This document shows, one piece after another, positions 63,680 to 64,000 of a stretch of 64,000 nucleotides of DNA. The notes beneath the pieces are model-generated. The model was not told the DNA's origin, did not search any database, and saw only the letters and a list, made by a program, of their open reading frames with translations. Source of the stretch: Ruditapes philippinarum (Eukaryota); NCBI RefSeq assembly GCF_026571515.1, contig NW_026857129.1, forward strand, positions 1 to 64,000, read 5' to 3'. Position 1 is the stretch's first letter. Each line of letters begins with the position of its first letter. Made by a program: the position numbers and the translations under genes.

Positions 63680-64000
63680 GTTTAGTAGGCGTGAATGACG
63701 GAGGGCATTATTCATTTCAGGACCGTAAACCACTTTCTGGCCCGTCGATGACGTGTACTAATGTCTTTAATACACTTGATAGATATTATAGGGGCATTTA
63801 AAAAAACCCCAAAAAGCCTTCAAATTGATATTCCCTTCATTGAAATTCTTTTTCATTGTAAATTTCTAATATACAGTAACTTATACAGAGTTGCTTGTAC
63901 ATACACAGTCCACTAGAATCCAGGAGCACGTTTCACTTTCTTGGAATGAAATTGCCGTATTTTTATTCTTGAAATTATAGTAAGACTGTATTTGTACATT

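Noticed and set aside
61243-64000. Next macro 3 exon or WWE/PARP catalytic exons
   Set aside because: No phase-1 exon with the expected motifs was found; the gene presumably continues beyond the window, so catalytic status is unknown.

Overview
AT-rich animal genomic DNA, probably a bivalve mollusc (inferred from its repeat families, not proven). The whole window lies inside one large + strand gene, a PARP14-like macro-PARP. I reconstructed 24 consecutive GT-AG exons (2379-61242; 6510 nt, 2170 codons). Splice phases are consistent throughout and I found no in-frame stops. Both the start and the WWE/ART end lie outside the window. The exons encode at least 13 tandem RRM/NID-like domains (vertebrate PARP14 has 3), a 1.7-kb exon of KH-like repeats, and macrodomains 1, 2 and the start of 3. 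The most striking feature is the RRM array. It consists of five tandem copies of a two-exon module (acidic RRM + basic/Gly-rich RRM) placed before three PARP14-type RRMs. Every RRM exon is phase 1-1 and is cut mid-domain, so exon skipping could build chimeric RRMs in frame. Macrodomain 1 has lost typical hydrolase residues. The introns, especially a 25.8-kb one (19863-45695), are stacked with nested mobile elements: a full-length decayed CR1/L2-group LINE with a target-site duplication (TSD), mariner, Tc1, pogo and hAT relics, tRNA-derived SINEs, MITEs, and many Helentron-type non-autonomous elements (HINEs) carrying ~135-170 bp tandem arrays. There is no CRISPR array, rRNA or genuine tRNA gene.
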